Source: Octopus sinensis
Taxonomy: Eukaryota
Direction of reading: 5' to 3'
Assembly (NCBI RefSeq): GCF_006345805.1
Contig: NW_021834323.1
Coordinates: 1 to 53,019 of the forward strand
Length of the DNA stretch: 53,019 nt
Shown here: piece by piece, positions 1 to 13,367 of the stretch
Numbering within the stretch: the stretch's first letter is position 1
How the letters are laid out: each line of letters starts with the position of its first letter
Program-made: the position numbers and the translations under genes
The notes under the pieces: model-generated
The model's input: the letters and a program-made list of their open reading frames with translations, nothing else
What the model was told of the DNA's origin: nothing
The model's database searches: none

Positions 1-188
1 AAAGAAAATGTCGACACCATACACACACAGGCCGTCCTATGAGTTTGGCTGATAACTCTGTATTCATGCATGCAATTTAACCTCGATATTTTTTCTGCGC
101 ATACAGCTTGGGCATATTTTATTCTGCAGTCACTCGACATGCTTGCACTCCACATTGTGCAGATACAGTGAGACAACTGCATATTGGG

Positions 189-433
189 TATATATATATA
201 TATATATAATCATATACATATATACATATATATATACATATATACATACATACATACATACATATATATATATATATACATATATACATATATATATATA
301 TACATATATACATACATATATACATATATATATGTATATATACATATATATACATATATATATGTATATAACATATATATACATATATATATATACATAC
401 ATATTATATACTTATATATATAATATATATATA
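189..433. repeat. Compound (TA)n/(TACA)n microsatellite
   Basis: Directly visible; explains the Y/I/H/T-rich ORFs at 119-715. Confidence 0.95.
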
Positions 434-1078
434 AAGCTTTATAAAAGACAACACACACACACATTCACGTACACGTACACACTTTACAATGTGTACCACG
501 TAATACGTAGGCATGCGAAACTATATTTTGTCTGTTTTCTGGACACAAACATTCGTCCATTCATAAACATTGTATGTTGTATGTGTATGTGTGTGCTTTT
601 ACGTGTGTGTATGTGTAAGAGTGCGTTTGAATGTCTGTGTGCAGGAGTCGGTGTGTGTTTGTGTATGGGGGTATGTGAGTGTGTGTGTGTGTTTATACAT
701 AAAGTACAAATATGAAAATGTAGATATTCGGTTATTCACGAATGCTCACAGATGGACGACAGAGAGAAGAGAGAGGGTGAGCGAGAGGAAAGCCTGCATC
801 AATTATGAATTTATGTACTCTTTCTACCTACATAGTTACTGCCCAGGCACTGAAGGAAGCACAGCACCTATAAATGGCCCTATGGTTTTTCATGGCCTCC
901 GAGATCGGGTTGGGGAGGGGACGATTTCATTTCAAGCAGGATACAGGATCTCAATGCTTACAACAGAGTGAACCCGGCTAAAAGTACTCGAAAACCATGA
1001 AGTGGTGCTAAACCGGGCACCGGGTTAAATTTATCATCCACAATTACAGTCACTCTCTGTTCCTCTCCCCCTCCGCAT

Positions 1079-1083
1079 GTGTA

Positions 1084-1135
<52 letters not shown>

Positions 1136-1252
1136 TGTGTGTGTGTATACACTCACACATAAACTTTGAATAGCGACCTAAGACTAATCTCAGGAAAACG
1201 ATGTTTATTTTTGTATCAAGTACCTCGCTTATTAACTTCTGGGTACTTACTA

Positions 1253-1333
<81 letters not shown>

Positions 1334-1542
1334 AAACATAAAATTACATGTATATAACTATATAACATACTTATACAGGAATTCATATAGAGAAACATGC
1401 CCAAACCAACATAATTAATATGAGTAGAAATGCGCAATGTACACACACATACACACACACACATGTTTGTGTGTGTGTGTATGTGTGTGTGTGCGTATAT
1501 ATACACACATGCACACATCTGTATAAATATATATAATATATA

Positions 1543-1580
<38 letters not shown>

Positions 1581-1662
1581 TAGTGTGTGTGTGATGTGTG
1601 TGTGTGTGTGTGTGTGTGTGGGTGTGTGTGTGTGTTTGTGTGTGTATGTATGTATGTATGTA
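1079..1662. repeat. Cluster of (GT)n, (GA)n, (TA)n and (ATGT)n microsatellites
   Basis: Directly visible tracts separated by short unique spacers. Confidence 0.9.
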
Positions 1663-2154
1663 TACGCAAGTATTTATGCAACATCACACTTGGAAAAAGG
1701 GGAGAAGGGTGAGATGATGTTAAGCGTTGGTGGCGACGGTGTGGAGGTTGTCGGCGATAAGGGAGTTTTGTGTTTGAAGGCGAGAAGGAAACATGGCGAT
1801 TGGAGATCAATACTTGTAAAAAGCCGTCCATTCAAGTGAAGACCATTGTCCAACGGTCGACAATAATGTGAGTCCCACGGGAGGACGAGAGCGACAGGCT
1901 TTTTAAAGAAGCCTGGTTTTGATAACAAGAGGGAAAAGGAAGGTACGAAGCCAAAAGAAGGAAAGAAAGAGGAGAAGAAAAGGAGAACTAAAAGAGTGGA
2001 AGGATGCTGTGGGGGGGGAGTGAGAGTGGGAGATGGAGTGAAAGGAGAGAATAAGAGAGGGGGAGGTTTGAGTGAGAGTGATTATGCGTGAGGGAATGAT
2101 GAGTTTTTCAGTCACGAGTAGTCGTGATTATGGTGATAATGATGGTGTTAGTGA

Positions 2155-2320
2155 AGCGGCGGCGGCGGGCGGCGGCGGTGTGGTGGTGGTGTTTGTTGGT
2201 GGCGTGGTGGTGGTTGTGGTGGTGGTGGTGGTCGGTGGTGGTGGTGTGGGTGTGGTGGTGGCGGTTGGTGGTGGTTGTTGGTGGTGGTTGGTGATAGTTG
2301 TTCTGTTGGTGGTTTTGTTA
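2155..2320. repeat. (GGC)n/(GGT)n trinucleotide low-complexity tract
   Basis: Directly visible; gives the poly-V/poly-G ORF artefact. Confidence 0.9.
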
Positions 2321-2431
2321 AGGTTGTTTTTTCGTTAGCGAAGGTCGTACTAGTAATTTTATTTATTTATTTATTTATCTTGAGGTTGTTTTAGTAGTCC
2401 TAGTGTTTGTAATTAATCATATCTAATTGAG

Positions 2432-2520
<89 letters not shown>

Positions 2521-3589
2521 TATGTACATACATGTATTAGGATATCTAAATATATTTATATACACACAAACATGAATGTGTCATATTGTAAACAATACAA
2601 AAGATAGGATATATATGAATCTATTTATCTATCAATAATATGTGTATATTTACACACACACACACCACGTGACCTTCAGTGGATACCGTCAAGGATTTTC
2701 AGGAAACAGCTTTTGGCAAATCTATTTGAGCACAGAATATATTTGACATTGGACGCTTTTGGTGCTATTTTGCCCTTAAGGAAATTTTTTCCTTTTTAAT
2801 ATGGTATCCTAGTTTTTATTCTATATTTTATTTTAATTCATGAGTGGGTAACAGTAAATCCTCAACTATCTAAGTACTAAGATGGACATGACCCAACTCA
2901 GAGAAGATATAGAGACACATATAAAAAAGTATATAAAGATGGTTTTAGTAGTGAGAACATGAAAACCTTCGAATACCAAATTAAGAATAAATTAATTCTG
3001 TATAAACATAAAGTTACATTTCCTATCTATATTCTTACATAAATGTATTTGTATCTGTGTATGTATGTTTTAGACACGCGCGTGTTAAGTTTAATTATAA
3101 ATTTTATGTATTTTTGCATTTGTAGCGGTCAGTAATGAGGAATTAATCAAACATCATTTAATTGTATCAGAAATTCTCCGCCAAATGATTTGACGACAAC
3201 ATGGCTGGACCTGCGCAAATATGGCTGCACCTAACTGTCCCATTCCGGATTTTCCTTATTCCATGGTCAATAAACTCAAGAAACAGTTAAGGACTGGATC
3301 GATTTTATCGACAACAACCCTCTCTGAAACATGTAGTCTGAGTTTATCAGTTTTCCGAAAGCACAATCGTAACACAGACGGAATAATTTTCGAATATTTA
3401 GCTCCGTTGAATCAATCTAAACAACTAAATATCTGGCTGAGTTCAGTGTTTTTCAACTTCCCTTAATATTCCTCTGTTATGGATCCAAGTTTGATCTAAA
3501 TATCCCGCCACTTATTGATTTGTTTCAGCCTTACTTTAAATAACAACCAACAGAATAAAAAATAAGCGATTCATAAGAAACCGTTTGTA

Positions 3590-4134
3590 TTGGGTTGTCC
3601 AGAAAGTTCGTGCAGATTTATCGTAGCTTCCCTCTCGACTTATTTTAGAACATGGTTGAGTCCACAAAATAGGATTTGACTACACCTCCATTTAGAGCAC
3701 AGTTTAAGCTATCTTTTCGTGGAAGAAGGTTTATGTCCCTATAACCTGTGTTAATTCTGTAACCCTTTAAATTGAAAGATAAGAAAGTTCGTTTTTCAGC
3801 ACTTGATGCTTTGGGAACCAGACAAAAATTGCTGCAGCTCAGCTGGGATGTGTTACCCCACCTTCCATATTCACCAGATATTGCTCCTTCGGATTTCCAC
3901 TTATTCAGGTCTCTGCAGAATAGTCTTAATGCTGACGTAAAAATATACCTTGATGAATTCTTTGCCTTGAAACCACCTCAATTCTGGGAAGAGGGTATTT
4001 TCAAGTTAAAGGAAAGATGGAGACGCACTGTGCAACAAAATCGTTCATATTTGGTTGAATAAAAATTTAATGGCAAGTATTTATTGACCTTTTTCTTTCC
4101 TTTAAAAATCGGAACAAACTTTCCGGACAACCAA
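3590..4134 (+). mobile_element. Internally deleted mariner (Tc1/mariner) DNA transposon with both TIRs
   Basis: Left end TA|ttgggttgtccagaaagttcgtgcagattt and right end aaatcggaacaaactttccggacaaccaa|TA are imperfect inverted repeats flanked by TA. ORF 3772-4062 encodes WDVLPHLPYSPDIAPSDFHLFRSLQN (mariner YSPDLAPSD motif) fused to a few N-terminal residues. Confidence 0.93.
3772..4062 (+). pseudogene. Mariner transposase remnant (short N-terminus fused to C-terminal catalytic part)
   Basis: YSPDIAPSD motif and FWEEGIFKLKERW C-terminus; HTH and the first two catalytic aspartates are missing. Confidence 0.9.
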
Positions 4135-4280
4135 TACTTTCTATACCAAATCAAATTGCTTCACATGACTTGGCACTTATCCAGATGACTGACAGGAAAA
4201 TAAGTACCAGTCATACACGGTGTCGATAGGGTGAGTGAGTAATTAAGGAAAGAAAGGGATTCCTCTGTCAATATTATTTT

Positions 4281-4350
4281 ACCGAGGTCGACTTTGCCTT
4301 TCATCCTTTCGGGGTCGATAAAATAAGTAACAGTTGAACACTGAAGTCAA
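4281..4350 (+). mobile_element. SINE family B internal fragment
   Basis: ccgaggtcgactttgcctttcatcctttcggggtcgataaaataagta matches the core of the copies at 15571 and 51749. Confidence 0.85.
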
Positions 4351-4585
4351 TGTTTCCACACCTTTAATAAAAGTGAGTAAAGGAAATCAACAATGAGAAA
4401 CGGTGTTGGGCAAAGCTGTTAATCTATGCGATTGCCGCTCTAATACTGTGCGCTGCAAGGGATACCGGGATGCTCTACTGATTTTTAGTTTTGAATATAG
4501 TTTAAGACAGAAAATTACTATTTGTAAATCTCCCAACGAGAGACATTCAGTAAGAATACAGAAGAGTAAAGACTATTTGCCAACA

Positions 4586-4752
4586 TAACGTGGCAGTCCT
4601 GCTTAGGACGATTGCTACTGTTATTTAGCCCCAGGAAACATCGTCTCCAACTGGCTATACAACAAAGATAGTTTGTCGTATAGCCAGCTGGAGACGATGT
4701 TTCCTGGATCTAAATAACAGTAACATTCGTCCTAACCAGGACTGCCACATTA
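4586..4752. repeat. Long near-perfect palindrome (about 80 bp arms, 5 nt loop)
   Basis: 4590-4666 is the reverse complement of 4672-4748 with 7 mismatches in 77 bp; loop GATAG. Confidence 0.95.
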
Positions 4753-5182
4753 ATAATCTTTATAATTTAAGCCTTTATAAACTTTGTACTAATGTCTAGA
4801 CGCCTTTGAAAACGCGATCTACAAAATTTTGTTACACAGCAACATGATTAATGAAAAAACTAAGAAAACTGCATTTTTTTCTCTTTTTTTCGTTTCCTGA
4901 AAAAAAAAGGAAAACTTTGTTTTCCGTGTGAAGTGTACCAGCATTTTCCTTTCTCTTTTTTTTTCTCATGCTACATAGGAAAAGTATTGAGAACCACTGA
5001 GCTAATGGTGTACGAGTCTGTGGAATACTCAGTCACGATATTGAAATGACTTGGTCGAACAAGATCAGACTGTTCTGATCCGACGAAAATCCGAGACCGA
5101 CGAAGATTCAGTTCAATTTTGTAGATTGTCTTTTTCTTCTTTTTACCATGCTAGCAAGATAACTAAGTGCAAACAGCTGATG

Positions 5183-5260
<78 letters not shown>

Positions 5261-5464
5261 TAGATATAGATACAGAGAGACAGATATAGATAGATATAGA
5301 TAGATAAATATAGATAGATAAATATAGATAGATAAATATAGATAGATAAATATAGATAGATAAATATAGATAGATAGCTATAGATAGACAGGCAGATAGG
5401 TAGATAGATAAGATAACAAGATAGATAAATAGATATACAGGCAGGCAAGCAGGCAGATAGACAA

Positions 5465-5533
<69 letters not shown>

Positions 5534-6060
5534 CAGGCAGACAGACAGACATATAGATAGACAGACGAACGGACTGACAGACAAACAGATGGGACAGAGA
5601 TATATAGATAGACAGACAGACAGACAGATAGAAAGACAGATAGATAGACAGATAGACAAATAAATGGACAGATAGACAGATAGACAGACATATAGATAGA
5701 CAGATAGACAGATAGACAGATAGACAGATAGATAGAGATAGACAGATAGATAGACAGATAAATGGAAGACAGATAGATAGACAGATAGACAGATAAATGG
5801 ACAGATAGACAGATAGACAGACAGATAGACAGATAAATGGACAGATAGACAGATAGACAGACAGATAGAAAGACAGATAGATAGACAGATAGACAAATAA
5901 ATGGACAGATAGACAGATAGATAGACAGATAGACAGATAGATAGAGATAGACAGATAGATAGACAGATAGACAGATAAATGGACAGATAGACAGATAGAC
6001 AGACAAATAGACAGATAAATGGACAGATAGACAGATAGACAGATAGACAGAGAGATAGAT
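5183..6060. repeat. (GATA)n/(GACA)n compound satellite with recurring AAATGG anchors
   Basis: Directly visible; explains the SIYL/SVCL ORFs. Confidence 0.95.
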
Positions 6061-6488
6061 CGTATCTTTGTGTCCCGTTTATTGCAGCTGTTTCTTTTAT
6101 ATTTCCTTCTTATTGTCTGTCATCTTATTGTTGTTGTTGGTGTTGTTATTTCACAGATCGATAAAATAGAAATAAAACTATAACAACGAGACTAAATAGA
6201 AACGAAAGAAAGGAGGGAAAGGAAAACGGGACAGGGAAGGGCTGCTGCTGCTGCCGCTGCCGCTGCTGCTACAGAAATATAGAAAAAAAAATTGTGTTTT
6301 GGGGGAGAAAACAATGGAATAGATCTCACCTAAATAGCGAACGGTATTATGAGCTGCAGCTGCAATTTCAAGCCTATTGCATCATCGGTTCATCTCTCAT
6401 TTGTTGCTTTCAGGGGTGGACACCATCCTTCCGGGTGGATGAATGAGATTCACTTTATACAGGCTGGTATTTCGGCAGATCTCGTGAC

Positions 6489-6489
<1 letters not shown>

Positions 6490-6536
<47 letters not shown>

Positions 6537-6651
6537 CAGCAGCAGTAATAGTGGTAGTAGTATTAGTATTAGTAGTAGTAGTAGCAGTAGTAGTAGTAGT
6601 AGTAGCAGCAGCAGCAGTATTAGCAACATTAGTAGTAGTAGTAGTAGTAGT

Positions 6652-6697
<46 letters not shown>
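6490..6697. repeat. (AGT)n/(AGC)n microsatellite
   Basis: Directly visible. Confidence 0.95.
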
Positions 6698-7009
6698 ACG
6701 GAGTTGAATGTATATTTGTGTATATATGCGAGTGAGTGTGATGGTGGCGAGGTTGGTGTGACCTGATGGCTGGAGTGGTGGTGGGGTGGGGGTCTGGTTC
6801 AAGGAGGTTGGTGCGACTTGTTTCCGCCCAGCCATAAACACCACAACATTACGCCCAAAACACACCGCAATCTCTAAAACAGTTATTGGACCCTCGCCTC
6901 TCAAGATTCAGTGCGTAATATCTTTTATTTGTTTCAGTAGAACAAATCAACCCCAGAACCCCTTTCTTTAAAAAAAAAAAAAAAAAAATTCTGCTAAGTT
7001 GTGGGGGCG

Positions 7010-7210
7010 CAAACAAACCAGCATCGGGTATCAAGCAGGATGAGACAGAAAAGAAACACAACGACACATACACACATACACGTTGATGAATGGCCTTCAC
7101 AGTTTCCATCTATCACATTCACTCATATTGGTTGACCTGCAGCTAGACAAGGAGACACTTGCTCAAGGATGAGCGCAGTGGAACTGAACCCGGAACCACA
7201 TGGTTACAAA
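7010..7210 (-). mobile_element. SINE family A, diverged partial copy
   Basis: gacacttgctcaagg...gcagtggaactgaacccggaaccacatggtt is the reverse complement of the family A head/CORE region. Confidence 0.8.
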
Positions 7211-7221
7211 ACGTTTTTGCT

Positions 7222-7434
7222 TACTCTTTTACTCGTTTACTTGTTTCAGTCATTTGAGTGTGGCCATGCTGGAGCACCGCCTTTAGTCGAGCAAATCGAC
7301 CCCAGGATTTATTCTTTGTAAGCCTAGTACTTATTCTATCGGTTCTTTTGCCGAACCGCTAAGTTACGGAGTCATAAACACACCAGCATCGGTTGTCAAG
7401 CGATGTGGGGGGAGAGAGGACAAAGACAGACACC

Positions 7435-7517
<83 letters not shown>

Positions 7518-7687
7518 CATATATACGACGTACTTCTTTCAGTTTCCGTCTACCAAATCCACTCGCAAGGCTTTGATCGGCCCGAGGCCATAGTAGAAGA
7601 CACTTGCCCAAGGTGCCACGCAGTGGGACTGAACCGGTACCATGTGGTTGGTAAGCAAGCTACTTACCACACAGCCACTCCTGCGCC
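7222..7687 (-). mobile_element. SINE family A, full-length tRNA-derived CORE-type SINE (octopus OR-like)
   Basis: Minus strand reads GGCGCAGGAGTGGCTGTGTGG (A box) ... GGTTCAGTCC (B box-like), then CACCTTGGGCAAGTGTCTT (CORE-like), an internal (TA)n/(TG)n tract and a tail ending GACTGAAACAAGTAAA. Matches the copies at 33483-34985. The family name is from recall only. Confidence 0.88.
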
Positions 7688-7994
7688 TACCGGCAGATAA
7701 ACACGGGGTTTCCGTTTGCTCTCCAGACCCACCTTTATATATTTATCACTTCATCTGGAGAGAAGGTAAAGGCAATGACCCTAAATCTGTGGGGAAAAAA
7801 TCAAAAGATATCCTCAAACTCAGGATCTTACTCGAATGCTTACAAAACAGTGAAACCCCCTAAAGCTACTAAGGGTCACATATGGCGGTGTTACACCACC
7901 TACTTGATCGAGAAGGAATTTACTTCTTTCCATTTCGCTCCATTCTACGCCCATCCACTATATTTCATCTTATGCCTATTCTTCTAGCTGTTCT

Positions 7995-8180
7995 TATTCT
8001 TAAGCCCTGTCCCAGGTTATCCCTGACCAAGCAAATCTATGAATAATTGTTTTCCAATCATGACCAGCCAGTCTTTTTCCTATATACATTGGCCAAATTT
8101 CTCCTGTCTTGCGACGAATATTATGGAGATTGAATTTCGCAGATGATTTATGTGTAAGCGGACGTTCACCAGAGGCTAGG
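7995..8180 (-). mobile_element. Diverged fragment of repeat family C (SINE-like 3' region)
   Basis: By-eye similarity to the reverse complement of 13368-13553 and to 52850-52950. Confidence 0.45.
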
Positions 8181-8559
8181 TGGGTAGGAAAGAACATTTT
8201 ACACGCTCATCATTTTCATCTTTAGTTACTCTTTGATTCCTCCTGATATAGGCAAAAGGTAAAAGTCTGACAGACACACAATAAAAGAGCCCACCTTTAA
8301 GTGCCACTCTAATGTTTAAAACCGAAAATATTACGTAACTTTTCACACTTGGAACTTTCGCGTGACCCGACGTTGAAAGCAGAATTGGTACAGAAACAAT
8401 TGTAACGTGTTTGTGTGTGTGTGTGTGTGTGTGCGTGTGTGTGCGTGCGAGTGCATATATATACACATGTACACATATATAGGCGTGTGTATCAGTTTTT
8501 GTATATATATTTCGCAATGAGCACAAAAAGACAAGATACTCTCTCCATATAAACGTACA

Positions 8560-8568
8560 TATATATAT

Positions 8569-8619
<51 letters not shown>

Positions 8620-8633
8620 TGGATGTATATATA

Positions 8634-8684
<51 letters not shown>

Positions 8685-8685
8685 T

Positions 8686-8720
<35 letters not shown>

Positions 8721-8750
8721 CGGCACGCATACACACACATACACACACAC
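8560..8750. repeat. (GATA)n, (TA)n and (CA)n microsatellites
   Basis: Directly visible. Confidence 0.95.
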
Positions 8751-9212
8751 AAGTATGTATATATGTACGTAGTCATAGACGCGTACACACACACAGAAAA
8801 ACCTACATACATTACCTATCAACAAGCTCAAAGAACCAATACGTTAAAACGAGAGAGAGAGAGAAAACAAAACAACAAAAACCTAACTGAAAAATTTGAA
8901 GCGAAAAATCTCTTCTACTTTTTTGTTCCTCCCCCCCCCCTCCGTCTTACACTTTATTATTTAAATCATGGTTTATGTTTGTCTTCGTTCTTTTTTGATT
9001 ATATCCTTTTATTTATTTATTTATTCGTTCGTTCTCGTTCATTACTCATCTCTTGTTTTTAACACAGTCGTTGTATTAGGCGGGTGTCCCAGGGGGGTGT
9101 TTTTGACAGGTATTTAAGCTCGAACCTAAGCGAAGACTTTTAGCGAAAACCCTTTTTAAGTGAGCGTCGTTTCTACACACGTTGTCGAATCTGTGTGTAT
9201 ATATATATATAT

Positions 9213-9243
<31 letters not shown>

Positions 9244-9790
9244 TGTATGTGCATGCGTGTGTATTTTGTGTGTGTGTTTGTGCATGTATATCTATATACG
9301 TATGCGCGTGTGTGTATGTACATTAGTGTGTATGTATGTATGTATATCCACGTGGGTGTGTTTGTGTGTGAAATGGATATAAATGAATATGCATGTGTGT
9401 GCTTATGTATGCGTGTGTGCGCCTTTGTATATGCATCTTTATGTGTGTGTAATATATGTAAATGTGTATGCGTGTGTGTGTGTGTATATATAATTATGCG
9501 TGTGTTACACTTGTGTGTATGCTTTCTAAATAAATTGTAAATATGCGATGTTTGTGAGTGTGTGTGTGTGTGTTTGTTTCAATGAGGGTGCGTGTGGATG
9601 TGTGTATACATGTATGAGAAAGAGAGAGAGAGAAGAGAGAAGAGAGACAATCTGAAGGTGTTTCTTCTCGTGTGCGTTTGAGCGCTGTATTTGAATGTGC
9701 AAACGTGTGTGTGTATATACTCATGCGATGCATATGTAATCATGTGCACGCGCATGTAAGTGTGTGCGTGTGTGTGTGTGTATGTGTGTA

Positions 9791-9849
<59 letters not shown>

Positions 9850-10828
9850 CGCTCCTGTCCGAGTACAAGAAGCAGTCTTTCAACTACTTGACTAAATCTC
9901 TAAATAACTCTGAAATAATTGACAGTTTTTCAGTTTCCACAAAAAGCAAAAAACACAAATCGCCATCTTGTCAGGATTTGCCGCCTCCCCTCCTCCCCCG
10001 CTTGAAACCCACCCCCACCCCACACTATAGTCCTTTGTTATTTACATTTTTTTTGTTTTTATCTTTTTATGTTTGACAACATTGTCCATTTACCCGTCCA
10101 TCCACTCCATTCTACCCCCCCCCAATTCCCGCCCCCCCCTCTAATCATGGCATCAGTCGAGTTGCCATTTCACGTTGAAGAAATGTCGAATTTTGTCAGG
10201 AAAAATACTGTAAAAGACATAAGGTGATAAGAACTGGTTCCTATCGGTTAGGTTAGGTTAGGAATGGTTTAGTAGGTGGTCACATGTGGACTGGATTGGT
10301 CTCAGTTTAAACACAAGTGGAATGGAATTGGGCGAACTTGAAGGATTCTTCATTGCAACATTCGAATTTGTATTCTCGCTGTGGTGGTCACTTTTGTTGC
10401 TTTGAATTCTGATTGAGTTGAGAAGGATGTTAATGGGGGAGAACTATGATGGTGGTGGGGGGATGATGGTGATGATGATGATAATGATACCGAGCTGGTG
10501 GCAGTGGCTGTAGTGGTGGTGGTGGTAGTGGTGCTGCTTTTGGCCGTGATGGCGGTGTTGCTGGTGGTTAGGGTAGTGATTTTCCACCCCCACCATCAGA
10601 ATTGAGTATGCATTGGTGTCTGTATGTGTGTGTGTGTGTATGCATGCATGTATTTGTATAGATACATGTATGTATTCGTGCATGCGTGACGTATGTATTA
10701 TGTATTAAATATATATATATGTAACTATAAACAATTTTTGTTTCCATTCTCTTTGGAATTACCTTCTTGTGTGGTTTGGGTTTAATTGCCCTTTCTAGCA
10801 TGTAAAGCGTCTTGTTAAGGGTTCTCCT

Positions 10829-10870
<42 letters not shown>

Positions 10871-11643
10871 ATATAGGTATGTATGCGTATATATACATAC
10901 ATATTTGTATCTGTATGTGTGTACATACAAACGAAATTATAGTTTTGGTAAAGGCAACATACTATTTATTCCGTACTTCGATGTTCCTTACTAGAAGTTT
11001 ACTGAAAATTTGAAACACTTTCCAACGAAGAACTCCGGAAAAGTGGGATATTCATTAACTTAACTTGAAATCAAAAACATCCCTCAGTTAATTTAGTGTT
11101 TCAATGCTTTTTGCATTTTATAGAACTTGTCAGAGAATTTCACGAAATGTTTGAGAATAAGTTTAGTCACAGTGAAGACTGAAGCATTCAGGTTTTCAAG
11201 CTTTGGACCTTTGGGAGAATTGTGTCAATTTGGTAACGGACAAAAGAGAAGGCAATAACGTAACTTTGCTCGATAAGCAGACCACATGAGACATGGCTTC
11301 TCATCAAATGGGCCGCACTACTAAACACATTCAAAATAATCTTTCGTTTAGGTGTTCCATTCCGAAAGTTCAACGGGTCGCAGTTTATCCAAGACTGTGC
11401 ATTAGATGTTACACTTGAAGCTGCTTTTGAACTTTACAAACTTTTCTTAAGAAAAAAAAAAACCCTCACAACGAAATGTCTTGGCTGAAGACCATCGCTA
11501 GTTTCCTGCGATACCAGGACTTTTTTGTCATTACCCCCTGCCATAACAATGAAAACAACTACCATTACAGTGGCTACTACTACTACTACTACTACTACTT
11601 CTGAATCACCACAAAACAATACAATATAAAACGTATTCTACCT

Positions 11644-11895
11644 CAGTGATTCTCAACCATTTTTTGCTTATTCTTATTTGGTTCCTATTTTTCTCAACTG
11701 GACCGCCATAGCCATTCAATGTTTGAAAATATATTTCTAACTATATTTTTACGATTAAGTATTATTTGGAATTGTTGAAAAATTGCTCAAATATTTTGAG
11801 CATTGTAGAAATATACCAATTTACTGCATCTAAATTTTAACAAAAAAATTATATGGACACCCGTGGGTCGCATGGACTCCTGCTGAGAACCGCTG
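11644..11895. mobile_element. hAT (Charlie-like) MITE
   Basis: Termini CAGTGATTCTCAACC ... GCTGAGAACCGCTG resemble the CAGTGGTTCTCAACC hAT-Charlie TIR; ~250 bp, non-coding. No clear 8 bp TSD. Confidence 0.7.
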
Positions 11896-12044
11896 ATCAA
11901 TACAATCACCAACCAATAAACAGCACAACACAAACCGGCACCAACGTCCGACTCTGTAACACCAACAGTTAGTCTAGTCACACCGTAAATTGTTGTCATC
12001 CATTGTTATAACACAACGCACACATTCCATAAGCAGTGCAAAAG

Positions 12045-12430
12045 GCCTGACAATAAATATCATCCTGAGACATAAATGTTGAAATTTCGGGGACAGTAAG
12101 AGTAGCATGGAAAGAACTTGCCTTCATTAAAATATGCCCCAAACTCTGTTGGGGTATGTCAATGTTTTCAGTGGTCTCATCCTCATTGCGCTTTTATATG
12201 CAAAAAAGAGCTGGGCCACATCAAAGAAATAGCTGCGACTGACTACGACTTGAAGGGCCCTGGAAAGATCCCTGTTATGAATATCGTTCCAAGAGCTTAT
12301 TTGAAATAGGGCATCAAGAGAACGGGTTGAAGTGAGGTCGAATACCGTGAAATAGTGAAAGCACAAATCCAGCGAAGCATTGCGCATGGTTCGTAGACAT
12401 GTGAAGCTGGAAGAGATCACTTTGAAGACC
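12045..12430 (+). mobile_element. Decayed RTE-clade LINE, region C-terminal to RT
   Basis: Manual translation gives RVAWKELAFIK and NVFSGLILIALLYAKKSWATSKK*LRLTTT*RALERSLL*ISFQELI*NRASRERVEV, then a frameshifted AWF..HV. This matches the RTE pattern LLYGxExW...QRAMERSMLGIS...WxGHV, with several stops. Confidence 0.7.
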
Positions 12431-12435
12431 GCCAA

Positions 12436-12470
12436 GATTTTGGTAGACGGAAACTGAAAGAAGCCCATCG

Positions 12471-12530
<60 letters not shown>

Positions 12531-12725
12531 TTTTTTGTCTTGTCCCCCTCCACCGTTTGACAACCAGTAGTTTTTTTACGTCTCTGTAACTTAGTGGTTC
12601 CCTAGAAAGAACGATAAAATAAGTAACAACCTTAAAAAAGTAAATACTGGGATTGATTTGTTCGACTAAACTCTTTAAGGCGATGCCCCAGCGTGGCCGC
12701 AGTCTAATGACAGAGACAAGTAAAA
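12436..12725 (+). mobile_element. SINE family A, 5'-truncated copy
   Basis: tttggtagacggaaactgaaagaagccc ... atgacagagacaagtaaaa; interrupts the RTE remnant. Confidence 0.85.
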
Positions 12726-12741
12726 AAATTATTTGTAATCA

Positions 12742-12799
<58 letters not shown>

Positions 12800-13367
12800 G
12801 TGTGTATGTATGTATGTATATTTAATTCGATAACAATATGATATGTGTCTTATCTCATAAGCGGATTAATGATAATCTGATAAGGAAAATATTGTCGCAG
12901 AGGCTGCGTTAAAACAGTCGAGAGATTATGTGATTGGTGAAGTGCAGGAAATTTAAGGAGACGGACGTGTGATAAAGAGATGAAAACGAAGAAAAATAAA
13001 CAAACAATTAAAAAGACAAACAAACCACGAAACAACAGAAAAAAAACGAAAAAATAATAATACAAAGAACCCAACATATTTTGGTTGAAAGAAAAGAAAA
13101 ATTAAATCAAGTCTTCCTCGGAGGGATTTAGTTCTCGGGTCTGTTATTTGATTTTAATTGAATTTTTAGATTTATTTATATTTTGCATAATTTTCTCATA
13201 ATTTGAGCTTTATTGTCAAAAATTTTAATTGCTTTGTTCTTCCTGAATAAAAATAGCAGATATGGGGGGGAAAAGAGGAAAATAGGGAAACAACCTCACT
13301 CGCTTTCTTGTTTCCTTTCTTTTCTTGTTGGCATTTAATCATTCAGTCACACTAATTGAAGTGGCAC

